Positions 20,052 through 30,345 of a stretch of 64,000 bases of DNA are shown here, in pieces. The stretch lies in contig CAVPJD010000008.1 of NCBI GenBank assembly GCA_963705165.1, forward strand, positions 1-64,000. The letters run 5' to 3'. Position 1 is the stretch's first letter, and each line of letters begins with the position of its first letter. A model generated the notes under the pieces. That model was given only the letters and a program-made list of their open reading frames with translations. It made no database searches and was not told where the DNA came from. The translations under genes and the position numbers were made by a program. Source of the DNA: an uncultured delta proteobacterium. Lineage in GTDB: Bacteria; Desulfobacterota; Syntrophia; Syntrophales; UBA2192.

Positions 20052-20538
20052 AACAAGAAACGTTCTCGAGATTCGGGACAGGGTGTCCCTGCCGACGAGG
20101 GTGATTTTCGCCCTCATCGCCCTGTTTCCCCTGCTGGCCCCCTACGAGCTTCTCATCCGGCCGAAATGGCAAGACCCTTGGAATCTCTTTTTTCTCCTCT
20201 GTGCTTTCATCTCCATCGGAGCCATGACGCTCAGCGGCTTGCTCGCCTGGGCGGCGATGGCCGGTCTGAATTCACGCATGCGTTTCGACAGGCCGCGGGA
20301 CACCCTCACCTACTCGTGGGATGCCCCGATCGTAGCGCTTCGGAAGTACGAATGTCCGATCCGGTCCATTCGGGCCGTTGAGATCGAAACGCATGACTGG
20401 AGCGACAGCGCGCCGAGTTACTCGCTCAAGATCCGGCTGGAGAATGGGCGTGAGTTCAACTCGGGATCCTCCTGGTCCCTCGAGGAAATCGAGGGCATCA
20501 AGGCGAGGGTCACGGCGTTCCTGAGTGGCAAAGGGTAA
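20035..20538 (+). CDS. Hypothetical membrane protein (2 TM + PH-like domain)
   Basis: Two TM helices, RFDR...LTY, IRAVEI, DSAPSYSL. Confidence 0.65.
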   Translation: MPETIETRNVLEIRDRVSLPTRVIFALIALFPLLAPYELLIRPKWQDPWNLFFLLCAFISIGAMTLSGLLAWAAMAGLNSRMRFDRPRDTLTYSWDAPIVALRKYECPIRSIRAVEIETHDWSDSAPSYSLKIRLENGREFNSGSSWSLEEIEGIKARVTAFLSGKG

Positions 20539-20540
20539 GG

Positions 20541-20735
20541 ATGGAAAAAGGGGACAGTCCCCTTTTTCCACGGCCGGCCGACGAGGATCGCTTTCTGATG
20601 CTGGGAATCAGCATCCGGTTGAGGGTTTTAGTCGTATGCCATTGCTTTCGGGTCGATGACTCCGTGATCCGGATCATCTCCGCCCGCAAAGCAAACAGAA
20701 AGGAAGCTGCAACCTACCGGGACTATTGGGGATAA
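20541..20735 (+). pseudogene. brnT: 5'-truncated BrnT-family toxin
   Basis: EDRFLMLG..RVLVVCHC..VIRIISARKA present; N-terminal F-x-W-D...KH segment missing. Confidence 0.72.
20542..20570. repeat. Perfect palindrome TGGAAAAAGGGGAC-A-GTCCCCTTTTTCCA
   Basis: 14-bp inverted repeat around one nucleotide. Confidence 0.85.
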
Positions 20736-20738
20736 ACG

Positions 20739-20957
20739 ATGAGAAAACATTACGATTTTGACAAAATGAAAGGCGAGAAGAACCCTTACGTAAAGCAGAT
20801 GAAACAGCCGATCACGATACGCCTCGATACGTCGACCGTGGCATACTTCAAGAATCTTTCCGAGGAATTGGGTATGCCCTATCAGAACCTCATCAATCTG
20901 TACCTCAGGGACTGCGCGCTGAACCAGAAGAAGCTCAAGTTGAAATGGGCCACATGA
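20739..20957 (+). CDS. brnA: BrnA/CopG-like antitoxin
   Basis: YDF...KNPY..KQPITIRLD...YFK..GMPYQNLINLYL. Confidence 0.85.
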   Translation: MRKHYDFDKMKGEKNPYVKQMKQPITIRLDTSTVAYFKNLSEELGMPYQNLINLYLRDCALNQKKLKLKWAT

Positions 20958-20993
20958 AACAGCTTGGCACAAACGGGAACATCTCCCGGGATG

Positions 20994-21608
20994 TCATTCG
21001 CCCAAGACATCCATGACTGCCTCGGCCATAAGCCTGTAACCCACCACCGTCGGGTGCACCCCGTCGAACTGGACGAGTTCCTGGAAATCGACGGCCCCGC
21101 TTTGAACCTGCCGCTTCCAGTGCTCGTGCACGCGGGCCACGGGCAGGCCGAATTTCTGTGCCATCTCTTCGAGCTTCCCGTAGAAAAACTTTTCGACAAA
21201 ATCATAGGACTTCGGGTCGTCGAGCCAGACGGCCGTGACAAGGACGATCTCGGCCTGAGTGTTTTTTCGGATGCCGGCGATCATCTCCTGGATGTTGCGG
21301 CCGAAGAGCTCGGAGGTAAAGCCGCAGAAGGCGTCGTTGAGGGCAAACTCCACGAGCACACAGTCCGGGTTGTAAAAATAGACGTCCGTGTCGATCCGGT
21401 CGAGGCCCCCCGACGCCGTATCGCCGGGGATTCCCTTGTTCACGAGCTGAAACGATGCCCCGGGATAGCGTTTCCTGAGCATCTCCTTCAGAAAGTCGAG
21501 GTATCCCTTGCTGACGAGCCATCCGTGGGTGAGGGAATCGCCGATGGCGACGATCTTCACGTCCTCGCCCGATTTGAGCTTCGCGATGGTCTTCTCCGGC
21601 CGGATCAT
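20994..21608 (-). CDS. SGNH/GDSL hydrolase
   Basis: GDSLT, NKGIPG, FALND, DGVHP. Confidence 0.92.
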   Translation of the reverse strand: MIRPEKTIAKLKSGEDVKIVAIGDSLTHGWLVSKGYLDFLKEMLRKRYPGASFQLVNKGIPGDTASGGLDRIDTDVYFYNPDCVLVEFALNDAFCGFTSELFGRNIQEMIAGIRKNTQAEIVLVTAVWLDDPKSYDFVEKFFYGKLEEMAQKFGLPVARVHEHWKRQVQSGAVDFQELVQFDGVHPTVVGYRLMAEAVMDVLGE

Positions 21609-21710
21609 GGTTATCGCTCCTTCCGTAAACGTGGCGGAAGCATACCCGATCTCTGTTCCCCTGTCGAGAATTTGATGCCCTCGGATGCAGTTGCACGGCT
21701 GTCTTTCCCG

Positions 21711-21778
21711 CACACGCTACCCGCTACACGCTTCTTGGCCCGCCACCCTGACCCCTGGACCCTTTACCCTGGACCCTT
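21711..21778. repeat. Heptamer arrays (CACGCTA)n and (CCCTGGA)n
   Basis: cacacgctacccgctacacgct ... ccctgacccctggaccctttaccctggaccct. Confidence 0.75.
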
Positions 21779-21856
21779 GTTTTACGCATGCTTATTGCAT
21801 GATATCCTTTTCCGAACGCGGGCTTCGCGGAAATACACCCCTGGAGGGATAAGACG

Positions 21857-22970
21857 ATGGGGAACGACAATCTCATTTTTCTGGAAGTACTGGAGTGGTT
21901 CGACGAGACGGGGCAGGAGCTTGTACACCGACTCCCGGAGAAGGGCTCCGGCGAGATCAAATACGGCGCCCAGCTCACCGTGCAGGGAGAGCCAGTCGGC
22001 CGTCTTCTTCTACCAGGGCAGGGCCTTCGACGCCTTCAGCCCCGGCCGCCACACCCTGTCGACGCTCAACATCCCCGTCCTGACCAAGGTCCTCAGCATC
22101 CCCTGGGGCATGACGAGCCCCCTGCGGGCGGAGGTCTACTTCGTCAACATGAAGCTGTTCCCCAACCTCAAGTGGGGGACCCGCGATCCCGTGGCTTTCC
22201 GGGACTCCGAGCTGGGCCTCATACGCCTGAGGGCCCATGGCGTCTACAGCATCCAGGTGCTGCAGCCGGCCCTGCTCATCAACCGACTCGTCGGCACGCA
22301 GGGCAAGTTCAGCACCACCGAGATCGAGGACTACCTGAGCGAGGCCATCGTCTCCCGGTTCAACGATCTCATGGGCGAAATGATCGACACGGTCTTCAAG
22401 CTCCCGGGGCGCTACGAGGAGCTTTCCTCCGGCCTCGTGAAACGTCTCCAGGAGGACTTCAGCAACTTCGGCCTGGGGCTGCAGGCTCTCTATATCAATT
22501 CCATCACGCCGCCCGCCGAGGTGCAGAAGGCGATCGACGACAAGAGCCGCCTGGCCGTCTTCGACGACGTGAACAAGCTCCTGAAGATGAAGGCCGCCAT
22601 GGCCCTGGAGAAAATCGCCGAGACCAAGACCGAGGCGGGCGCCGGGATCGGCATGGGCCTGGGACTCATGATGCCCGCCTTCTACGCGGAAACCCTGAAG
22701 CAGAGCGGCCAGACCGATGCCATGAAATGCCCCGACTGCCAGGGGCCCGTCGCGGCCGATGCAAAGTTCTGCCCGGCCTGCGGGCACCAGCTGATTGTCT
22801 TCAGCCGCTGCCCGAAGTGCGGCAAGAACCTCACGCCCCATGCGAAGTTCTGCTCCCGTTGCGGCAGCCCCGCCGGCGATACGCCGGTGCCGAAGAAGTG
22901 CACACAGTGCAGCACAGATAACCTGCCCGACGCCGAGTACTGTAACCACTGTGGAATCAAGATCGGATAG
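21857..22970 (+). CDS. SPFH (band-7, YdjI-like) protein with double zinc ribbon; +1 frameshift near 21983
   Basis: FLEVLEW..ELVHRLP..EIKYGAQLTV|RESQSAVFF, PGRHTLST.NIP, KWGTRDP; several C-terminal CxxC pairs. Confidence 0.85.
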
Positions 22971-24210
22971 CCCTCGCTGGCTCATCGACTTCCATTGCCC
23001 CCGCTGCGCAGGCAACGTCAGCCTCGAGGAGACGGAGCGGATCTTCACCTGTGCCTGGTGCCGGGTGAAGCTCTGCCTCGGGAGCCGCGGCCCGCTGGAG
23101 TGCTATATACCCGCCCCGCCCGGTCCGGGTGAAAACGTCCTGTATGTGCCGTACTGGCGCCTGAAAGGCATGGCCTTCACCTGCACGGCCGGCTCGATCC
23201 GGTCGGGCGCCGTCGACCTGAGTCACATCGCCCTCACCGCAAAGACGCTCCCCTGGTCCCTGGGAATCCAGACGCAGCTGGCAAGGCTCCGTTTCCTCGC
23301 GCCGGGTGTGGCAGGCACGTTCTTCGCGCCAACGCTTACGATCGGGGAAGCGATCGCCGGCTGCGAGGCAAACCTGAAGCAGCTCGGCATACCCCCCTGG
23401 ACGGAAACCGCCCTGCACCGGGCCTGGATCGGCGAGCAGACAAGCCTTTTGTACTACCCGCTTGCCCGGCGCGACGGGCAGATCGTCGACGCTCTGCAGG
23501 GCAGGATTTTCGAGTCCGTCGGCCAGTGGGAGGCCCGTGCCCCGGCGGCGAAGAAGCCCGACTTTCAAGTACGATTCTACGCGGCAACCTGCCCCGACTG
23601 CGGCGTGGACCTCGACGGAGACCGGGACACCCTGGTGCTGACCTGCCGGAATTGCGATCGTGCCTGGAAGCGGGGATCGGAGGGTCTCGAGGAGATATCG
23701 TTTCACGTCGTCCCGGATCAAGGTGGCGGGGAACAGTTCGGCCTGCCCTTCTGGCGCATCCGGGTGGACGTGGAGGGAATATCGCTTGCGTCATTTGCGG
23801 ATTACGTCCGTTTCTGCAACCTGCCCCGGGCACTCACACCAGCGATGGCGGAGACGCCTTTCTTTTTCTGGGTGCCAGCCTTCATGGTCAACGCGGCCCT
23901 CTTTCTGACCCTGATTCGCCGGGTGACGCTTTACCAGTGGCAGGGGGAGTTCGAACAGCGCCTGGGCACTCTCAAATGCCACCCGGTGACCCTGCCTGCC
24001 CAGGAGAGCGCAGAAAGCCTCAAGACGGCCCTGGCCGACCTCGCCGCCGACAAGAGGACCCTGCTGCCCAGACTTTCGAATATGAGAATTGTGATGAAAG
24101 AGGCCCTTCTGGTCTATCTGCCATTCCGGGCCAGGGGCGGGGAACTCATCCAGCCGCAGATCCCGCTGGGGATCCAGCGGAAGGCGCTGCAATACGGATT
24201 GAATATCTGA
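22951..24210 (+). CDS. Zinc-ribbon-containing hypothetical protein
   Basis: CPRC..CAWC, YVPYW, CPDC..CRNC, LPFW, YLPF; overlaps the end of the SPFH gene. Confidence 0.75.
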   Translation: MESRSDSPRWLIDFHCPRCAGNVSLEETERIFTCAWCRVKLCLGSRGPLECYIPAPPGPGENVLYVPYWRLKGMAFTCTAGSIRSGAVDLSHIALTAKTLPWSLGIQTQLARLRFLAPGVAGTFFAPTLTIGEAIAGCEANLKQLGIPPWTETALHRAWIGEQTSLLYYPLARRDGQIVDALQGRIFESVGQWEARAPAAKKPDFQVRFYAATCPDCGVDLDGDRDTLVLTCRNCDRAWKRGSEGLEEISFHVVPDQGGGEQFGLPFWRIRVDVEGISLASFADYVRFCNLPRALTPAMAETPFFFWVPAFMVNAALFLTLIRRVTLYQWQGEFEQRLGTLKCHPVTLPAQESAESLKTALADLAADKRTLLPRLSNMRIVMKEALLVYLPFRARGGELIQPQIPLGIQRKALQYGLNI

Positions 24211-24340
24211 CGTGCCGCGTCGCGGCCGGAATCGGGCATCTAAGGCGCTGCGCGCAGGCTCCAGGCATCAGGCTTCAGAAAAAGCAAAGGATCGGAGAGA
24301 TGTTCCCCGATCCTTCTTTTTAGTCTTGTTGCCTTTTCTT

Positions 24341-24418
24341 CACTCCGGCACTTAGACACTCCGTCACACAGACACTTCTTCCTTGTCTCTATACCCTAGC
24401 CCCTTAACCCTTTACCCT
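24341..24418. repeat. Octamer (CACTYMGR)n and heptamer (CCCTWDA)n arrays
   Basis: cactccggcacttagacactccgtcacacagacact; ataccctagccccttaaccctttaccct. Confidence 0.65.
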
Positions 24419-24596
24419 CGAATGAGGATGCCCCCTCACCTGCACTCTCTCCTTGTGCTTCTTGTCTCCCTGATCTCCCTCTCTCCTGGCGTAAGAAAAT
24501 ATGAGGTGAGGGGGCATTAGACCTGATGAGGAGAACAGGGTTGTCCCAAAGACCCCTGAAAAAGTTTTCACTCGTGTAATTGAGCGGTTACGGACC

Positions 24597-24773
24597 TTAT
24601 TTCGTGAGAAAAAACTGCGTGCTGGGGCTCACATCCTGGGACTCTTCGCCGTATTTTTCCTCTTCAGTCCCGTCGGTTCCCCCGGTCTCTTCGTCCCTGA
24701 TCCGCTTGTACTCGTCGAGAAATTTCAGCCTCTTCTCCAAGTCCTGGGCTGAGGCCTGGTGTTGATCTTTCAT
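24597..24773 (-). CDS. Small acidic hypothetical protein
   Basis: GGAG RBS; MKDQHQASAQDLEKRLKFLDEYKRIRDEE. Confidence 0.45.
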   Translation of the reverse strand: MKDQHQASAQDLEKRLKFLDEYKRIRDEETGGTDGTEEEKYGEESQDVSPSTQFFLTK

Positions 24774-25038
24774 GATCGGACTCCACAAAATCGGCATTTC
24801 CGCGTCATCCTCGACGTCGCACTTCCCGGTCCTCTAAGATGGAGGGTCTCTCTCCCGTTCCTACCCTCTGCGGAAACCATGGCACTTCTTTGTACCGAGC
24901 AAGCCCATAACCGAAATAGGCGAAAAAGGCAATATCAGATTAGATTCGGTATTTTATCAGGCAATACCTGACATTATTTCGATTGCGCTGTATTGAAGGG
25001 GGTATTTACAGCCTTGGGGCCCCAGGGAACAAAGAAGA

Positions 25039-25130
25039 AGTGCCTGAGTGTCTAAGTGTCTGAGTGTCTGAGTGAAGAAAGAAGGGAGTGGCGAAGCGGC
25101 CCTATACCCTATACCCTGTACCCTGTACCC
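25039..25130. repeat. Octamer (AGTGTCTG)n and heptamer (CCCTRTA)n arrays
   Basis: agtgcctgagtgtctaagtgtctgagtgtctgagtg; ccctataccctataccctgtaccctgtaccc. Confidence 0.85.
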
Positions 25131-27308
25131 TCAGAATGAAGAGAGCAGGTAGGATCTCAAATTTGCCTTCTTGTTCTTGATACCCAGCTTGATCCGGATG
25201 TTGTCGCGGTGAAAGTCCACGGCCCGGGCCGACACACCCAGAACCTCGGCGATATCCTTGCTCGTCTTCCCTTCCCGGATCAGGCTCGCCACCTGGATTT
25301 CCTTGGGCGTGAGATTCAGGTGTCGCGTTCCCAGGTTGCGCAGGAATGGAGACAAAATGTCTTGAAGATGATCGTCGAGGATATCCACATAGGAGGACTG
25401 CTCGTCGGAAAGCCGGCTCTTTCGAAGCTTCTCCACATAGGGCACGACGAGCTTTTTCACGTTGGAGAGAAGCCTTTCCTCCAGCTCGCTCTTGTCCTCC
25501 TCGCGGTGCTTGAGAAGGACACGCAGGGCCGTGTTCATCTCCTCGAGGTTGCGCGATTTGACTTCCAGATCTTCCTCGCGGCGCCGCAGGGCCTCCTCCA
25601 TCCGCCGCCTCTCGGTGATGTCGCGGATCGACTCGATGGCCCCGATAACGTTCCCCGCAGAGTCCCGCAGCACGCTCGCCGTCCCGTGGAGGTAGACATC
25701 TCCCCCCTTGAGGGCCGGCATGTAGGCCTCCCCGATCAGAACGGTTTCCCCTCGTTCCGTCGAGACGTAGGTCCCCTCGTATCGCCTGTCGGGCTTCAGG
25801 GCAAGATCGATGAGGATGGGCCGGCGCTCGCCGTAGAAGGGGATGGCGTGCTCGTAGTTCCCCTTGCCGATCATCTCCGGCGCGGGAATTCCCGTCATCT
25901 CCTCGATGGCCCGGTTCCAGGCGATCACCTTCCCGTCGCCGTCGATGACGAAGGTGGCATCGGGCAGGAAATTGATCACGTCCGCGAGAAACCTCTCCGA
26001 TTCCTTGAGCCCCTCCTCGGCCTGCTTGCGCACCGTGATGTCCATGAGAGAAGCCACGCTTTTCCTCGTTCCCGGGATGAGGGAGACCGTCATGTTGACA
26101 TTGCGGATCCGGCCACCGCGATCCCGGAACCGGATCTCGTAGCTGCGGGGCACCGATTCCGGATCAAGCCGCCGCTGGACATGGTAGGCCTTCATCTGTT
26201 CCAGGTCATCTTCGTGGATGAACTCGGTCCAGCGCCTCCTGCCCTCGATCTCGGCCTTGGAGAATCCCGACTCCTTCACGAACTCGGCGTTCACCATGGA
26301 GATGGTCATGTCTTCCTCGACAATCATCGTGGCCGTGCCCGTCGTCTCGAAGATCGTCCTGTATCGCGCCTCGGAATCGGAGACGGCCTGCTGAGCCCGG
26401 AGGTGCTCCGTGATGTCGTCGACCATCTCGATAGCCGCCGTGACGCAACCGTCCTTGTCCAGGACGGGAGACGATACGACGCGGTAATTCCTCACTCCGT
26501 CGCTCGTCGGCGTTTCGGTGACGGATTCGTGAACCTGCCCGTCCCGGAGGGTCACGGCCGTCGGGCACCAGGGGCAGATCTCTTCCCGCGGAGGGTCGTT
26601 GAAGGCCCGGTGGCAGACAGGTTTCGCCGTCGCGTCGATATCGGGGTACCAGGTCCGCATCTGGCGGTTCAGGGCCAGGATCTCCATGTTCGGGCTGATG
26701 AGGGAGATGCCGATCCCGACGTTGTCGATGACGCTGCGGTAGCGCTCCTCCGAGGCGGCCAGAGCCTCCTCGGCCCGTTTCCGCTCGGCGATTTCCTCCA
26801 TGAGCTGCCGATTCTTCATCTGCAACTCCGCCGTGCGGATCTCCACCTCGTGCTCGAGCCGGGCCAGGGCATGCTTCAGGTCGCCCTCGGTCCTCTTGGC
26901 ATCGGAGATGTCCAGGATCAGGGCCTGCTTGGAGAGGGTGCCGTCGGGGTTATAGATCGGCGTGTTGACGATGGAGTACCAGCGCCTGTCCTTCGGGCTC
27001 TGGATCTCCCAGTGCACGGTCTCGCCGGCAAAGACGCGCTCGTTGATGCACCAGGGGCAGATCTCGTCGCGTTCATGGAGAACCCTGTAGCAGAGCTCCC
27101 CCGTACCGTCGTGGCCCGTCCGCGCGATGAGCCGCTCATTCATGTACTCGATGCGATAGTCCCGGGAGCAGATGTAGATGAAGCCGTCGAAGGAGTCGAT
27201 CATGGCGCGAAGCCGCGCTTCGAGCCCGGCCTGCCCCATGCCCTCGCCGAGCTGTGCGCGAGCGTCAGCGGAAGTTTTTTTCCCCTTCTTCGCTTCCGTC
27301 TTCACCAC
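25131..27308 (-). CDS. Multi-PAS LuxR-family transcriptional regulator
   Basis: Four PAS/PAC repeats, C-x-x...CPWC motifs, C-terminal LTPKEIQVA..IREGKTSKDIA..L.VS..AVDFHR.NIR.KLG. Confidence 0.92.
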   Translation of the reverse strand: MVKTEAKKGKKTSADARAQLGEGMGQAGLEARLRAMIDSFDGFIYICSRDYRIEYMNERLIARTGHDGTGELCYRVLHERDEICPWCINERVFAGETVHWEIQSPKDRRWYSIVNTPIYNPDGTLSKQALILDISDAKRTEGDLKHALARLEHEVEIRTAELQMKNRQLMEEIAERKRAEEALAASEERYRSVIDNVGIGISLISPNMEILALNRQMRTWYPDIDATAKPVCHRAFNDPPREEICPWCPTAVTLRDGQVHESVTETPTSDGVRNYRVVSSPVLDKDGCVTAAIEMVDDITEHLRAQQAVSDSEARYRTIFETTGTATMIVEEDMTISMVNAEFVKESGFSKAEIEGRRRWTEFIHEDDLEQMKAYHVQRRLDPESVPRSYEIRFRDRGGRIRNVNMTVSLIPGTRKSVASLMDITVRKQAEEGLKESERFLADVINFLPDATFVIDGDGKVIAWNRAIEEMTGIPAPEMIGKGNYEHAIPFYGERRPILIDLALKPDRRYEGTYVSTERGETVLIGEAYMPALKGGDVYLHGTASVLRDSAGNVIGAIESIRDITERRRMEEALRRREEDLEVKSRNLEEMNTALRVLLKHREEDKSELEERLLSNVKKLVVPYVEKLRKSRLSDEQSSYVDILDDHLQDILSPFLRNLGTRHLNLTPKEIQVASLIREGKTSKDIAEVLGVSARAVDFHRDNIRIKLGIKNKKANLRSYLLSSF

Positions 27309-27321
27309 ACGCGTCTCCTCC

Positions 27322-27600
27322 CTAGTTCAAGAGGTCTTGGGGGCCCGCCTGACCTTCTTTTACGCTTTCCTGACCTGCACCTGGGGCACGGTACTGAGTC
27401 AATTCCCAACCGTCCTCGCAACGGTTGTAGCGCAGGACATAGACCCCCCCGTCATCGGCGCGCACCTTGAAGTAGTCATGGTCCTCGCCGAACCAGCGGT
27501 CGAGGAACTCGACGACCTCGCGGCGCTTCTCGCCGAGACGGAACCGCAGGGGCCTCTCGCCCGACCGGTACCCGTCGTAGGTTTCCACACGGATCTTCAT
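27322..27600 (-). CDS. Conserved hypothetical protein
   Basis: V..Y.GY...ERP.RF, V...LDRW, YFKV..DDG..Y.LR, WEL. Confidence 0.7.
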   Translation of the reverse strand: MKIRVETYDGYRSGERPLRFRLGEKRREVVEFLDRWFGEDHDYFKVRADDGGVYVLRYNRCEDGWELTQYRAPGAGQESVKEGQAGPQDLLN

Positions 27601-27770
27601 GGCAGGAAGTCCTGTACATGGCTTACGGCATATGGACCAGGGCTTATGGCAATAGGGAATAACCTCTTATTTTCGAAATCACCTTATGCCCTGCGCCTTA
27701 AGCCTATTTTTATTGATCGTATCAGCCTGAGGGAAAATGTCAATATGCCTCACGGCCGGGGCAAAGAACG

Positions 27771-27806
27771 AAAAAGCCGCCCCTCGTTTCGAGCGGGCGG
27801 CTTTTT
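27771..27806 (-). terminator. Rho-independent terminator
   Basis: aaaaagccgccc...gggcggcttttt. Confidence 0.7.
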
Positions 27807-27821
27807 CCGGGCAGGTAAATC

Positions 27822-28979
27822 TTACGATGCCTTCGCTTCCTCGCCGTGCATCGCCTTGTCGACGATCATCGTCAAGGCCCCGTCCCCGACGACATTGGTG
27901 GCCGTCCCGAAGGAATCCTGGATCATGAAAAGGGCAACCATCAACCCCAGGCCCGACTGGTCCAATCCCAGAACGCTTTCCAGGATGCCCAGCGCAGCCG
28001 TGACAGACCCCCCCGGCACCCCTACAGCCGCCACCTCGATGAACCCGAGGAGAATGATGAACGGCAAAAATACTTCCAGGGACGGGGTCTGCCCCTTCGT
28101 CAGGATGGTCACGACCATGGCGGACATGGTGATGGCCGCCGCGGCACCCGGCAGGTGGGCAACGTTGAACAGGGGGATGCAGAAGTTGACCGATTCCTTT
28201 TTGAGAAAGGGAACCTTGCCGGCGCACTCCAGGGCCACGGGAAGGGTCGCCGCGCTCGACATCGTCCCCATCGCCGTAAAATAGGCCGGAATCATCGTTT
28301 TCAGGACAGAGAACGCGTTTTTGCCCGTATAGACTCCGGCAATCGTGTAAAGGACGGCAAGCCAGACCCACTGCGTCGGGATGATGAGCAAGAGAACCAG
28401 GAAAAAGGCCTTGATGGTGGGGATCAGTTGTCCCTTGGCGGTGATCTCCATGAAGACGGTGGCGACGAAATAGGGGAATATGGGGATCAATCCGTGCCGG
28501 ATCAGATCGGCGATGATGCCGTTGAATTCCTGGATGAAGCCCGTGATCGTCGGGCTCTTGATCCGGGTGATCCCCAGGCCCAGGATGATGGCAAAGACCA
28601 GGGCCCCCATGATGGAGATGGCCGCAGGAATTTCGATTCGCAGGTAGGGCGTGATCTTCACGGCCGAAACCACCGATCCGGGGACGATACCGAGATGGGG
28701 AAAGAAGGCCGTGGCAACGGAGAAGCCCAGAAGCTCTGCGCCGATAGTGGAAACATAGGCCAGTATGAGCCCCAGAAGCAGGGCTTTCCCGGCCTGCCTG
28801 CCGAACTCGGCAACCCCCTTTGCCACAAAGGCGATGATGAGAAGGGGAATGACGAACCGGATGTACTGCCCCAGGACAAATCCGATACTGGATAATACTT
28901 TAATCAACTCCATGGGTCCAAATAAGCCCAGCAGAATGCCCACCACGATGCCTGCGAAGATTTTTAGTATGAGCCCCAT
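27822..28979 (-). CDS. Dicarboxylate/amino acid:cation symporter (SstT-like)
   Basis: PAYFTAMGTMSSAATLP, GVPGG, DSFGTATNVVGD. Confidence 0.9.
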   Translation of the reverse strand: MGLILKIFAGIVVGILLGLFGPMELIKVLSSIGFVLGQYIRFVIPLLIIAFVAKGVAEFGRQAGKALLLGLILAYVSTIGAELLGFSVATAFFPHLGIVPGSVVSAVKITPYLRIEIPAAISIMGALVFAIILGLGITRIKSPTITGFIQEFNGIIADLIRHGLIPIFPYFVATVFMEITAKGQLIPTIKAFFLVLLLIIPTQWVWLAVLYTIAGVYTGKNAFSVLKTMIPAYFTAMGTMSSAATLPVALECAGKVPFLKKESVNFCIPLFNVAHLPGAAAAITMSAMVVTILTKGQTPSLEVFLPFIILLGFIEVAAVGVPGGSVTAALGILESVLGLDQSGLGLMVALFMIQDSFGTATNVVGDGALTMIVDKAMHGEEAKAS

Positions 28980-29111
28980 TGTATTATCTCCTCCAAGTTT
29001 TTTATTGCCTGCCAGCATCAGGCATCAACATGGCCGTCCGAGCCCGGATCATCGCCTTCGCTGCACAATGTCTTTCGCCGTGAAAAGACAACCATGTGGA
29101 TCGATGCATTA

Positions 29112-30158
29112 TTATGCCGTCGGCCGCTCCCGCAACACGTTGCCGATCGTATCCAGGATGAACGAGACATCCCGGGACCCGATATCGTTGTGGGTTACCA
29201 TCCGGAGCGTATGCTCCGAACAGACCTTGACCTTGATCCCGTATCCATTCAATCGATCCGCAAAGGGGGCTGCCTTCCAGCCTGCAAGGCTGACGTCCAG
29301 ATTGACGATATTGGTGAGGACTCCCCCCCGGTCGACGCGGCCCCCCAGCGCTTCGAGGCCCAGTCTCAACTTTTCGGCATTCTCGTGATCCTCGGGCAGC
29401 CGCTCGACCATCTTCGTCAGGGCAAGGATGCCGGGGGCGGCGATCACCCCCGCCTGCCTCATGCCGCCTCCGATCCTCTGCCGCATTCGCCTGGCCTCGT
29501 CGATAAAATCGTTCGAGCCCACCAGCATGGAGCCCAGGGGAGCGGCCAGTCCCTTGCAGAGACAGACATCCACGGAGTCACAAAAGCTTACCAGATCGGC
29601 CACGGTCGTGTTTGTAGCCAGGGCCGCATTGAAAATCCTCGCTCCGTCCATGAAGATGGGCAGATGGTGTTTCTGCGCGATGGCGATGGTATCCGCATAC
29701 CGGCTCTTTGCAACGGCGAGCCCCCTGTTCAGGTGAAAGGTGTTCTCCAGGCAGATCAGGCGCGTCCTGGCCCTCTGGACACCGGGGGGCATGATCGCCT
29801 CGCTTAATTCTCCCGTATCATAAATTCCCGAATCACTTTTCAGGGGCCGCGGCTGGGCGCCCGACAGCGCGGAGATTCCGCCGGTTTCCAGATTATAAAG
29901 ATGGGAATCGGCAAACACGACGATTTCATCGCCGGGTTTCGTATAGATCATGACCGCAATCTCGTTGCTCATCGTTCCCGAAATCGTCAGGAGCGCCGCC
30001 TCTTTTCCGAAAATCCCCGCCGCGAGTTCCTCGAGTTCGATGACCGTGGGATCGTCCCTCAGGATGTCGTCCCCGACGATTGCGTTTTTCATCGCCTCCC
30101 GCATTTCAGCGGTGGGCTTCGTAACCGTGTCGCTTCTCAGGTCAAGGATTCTTGCCAT
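29112..30158 (-). CDS. ltaE: Low-specificity L-threonine aldolase
   Basis: DLRSDTVTKP, SGTMSN, LENT, MDGARIFNA, CLCKGLAAPLGS, GGGMRQAG. Confidence 0.92.
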   Translation of the reverse strand: MARILDLRSDTVTKPTAEMREAMKNAIVGDDILRDDPTVIELEELAAGIFGKEAALLTISGTMSNEIAVMIYTKPGDEIVVFADSHLYNLETGGISALSGAQPRPLKSDSGIYDTGELSEAIMPPGVQRARTRLICLENTFHLNRGLAVAKSRYADTIAIAQKHHLPIFMDGARIFNAALATNTTVADLVSFCDSVDVCLCKGLAAPLGSMLVGSNDFIDEARRMRQRIGGGMRQAGVIAAPGILALTKMVERLPEDHENAEKLRLGLEALGGRVDRGGVLTNIVNLDVSLAGWKAAPFADRLNGYGIKVKVCSEHTLRMVTHNDIGSRDVSFILDTIGNVLRERPTA

Positions 30159-30284
30159 CACGTTCCTCCAACGATGTACACCCAAGGGTCATTCACGACG
30201 ACAGACCCGGCTCCGGGTCCTGTATCACATTCCGGATGAAAATTCCGCACTTTGCTGCACCATCATCCAGCCGGGTTTCGGCAC

Positions 30285-30313
30285 AAAAAAAGGCCTCTCT
30301 TGCGGAGAGGCCT
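30285..30313 (-). terminator. Rho-independent terminator
   Basis: aaaaaaaggcctctc-ttgcg-gagaggcct (U-tract on - strand). Confidence 0.7.
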
Positions 30314-30345
30314 GGAGGGGGATGGAAAGGGAGAGAGGCTGGGGT

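Noticed and set aside
20964..22970. 668-aa ORF as a single protein
   Set aside because: Its N-terminal part is antisense to the GDSL gene; the real gene starts at 21857 and joins this frame through a frameshift
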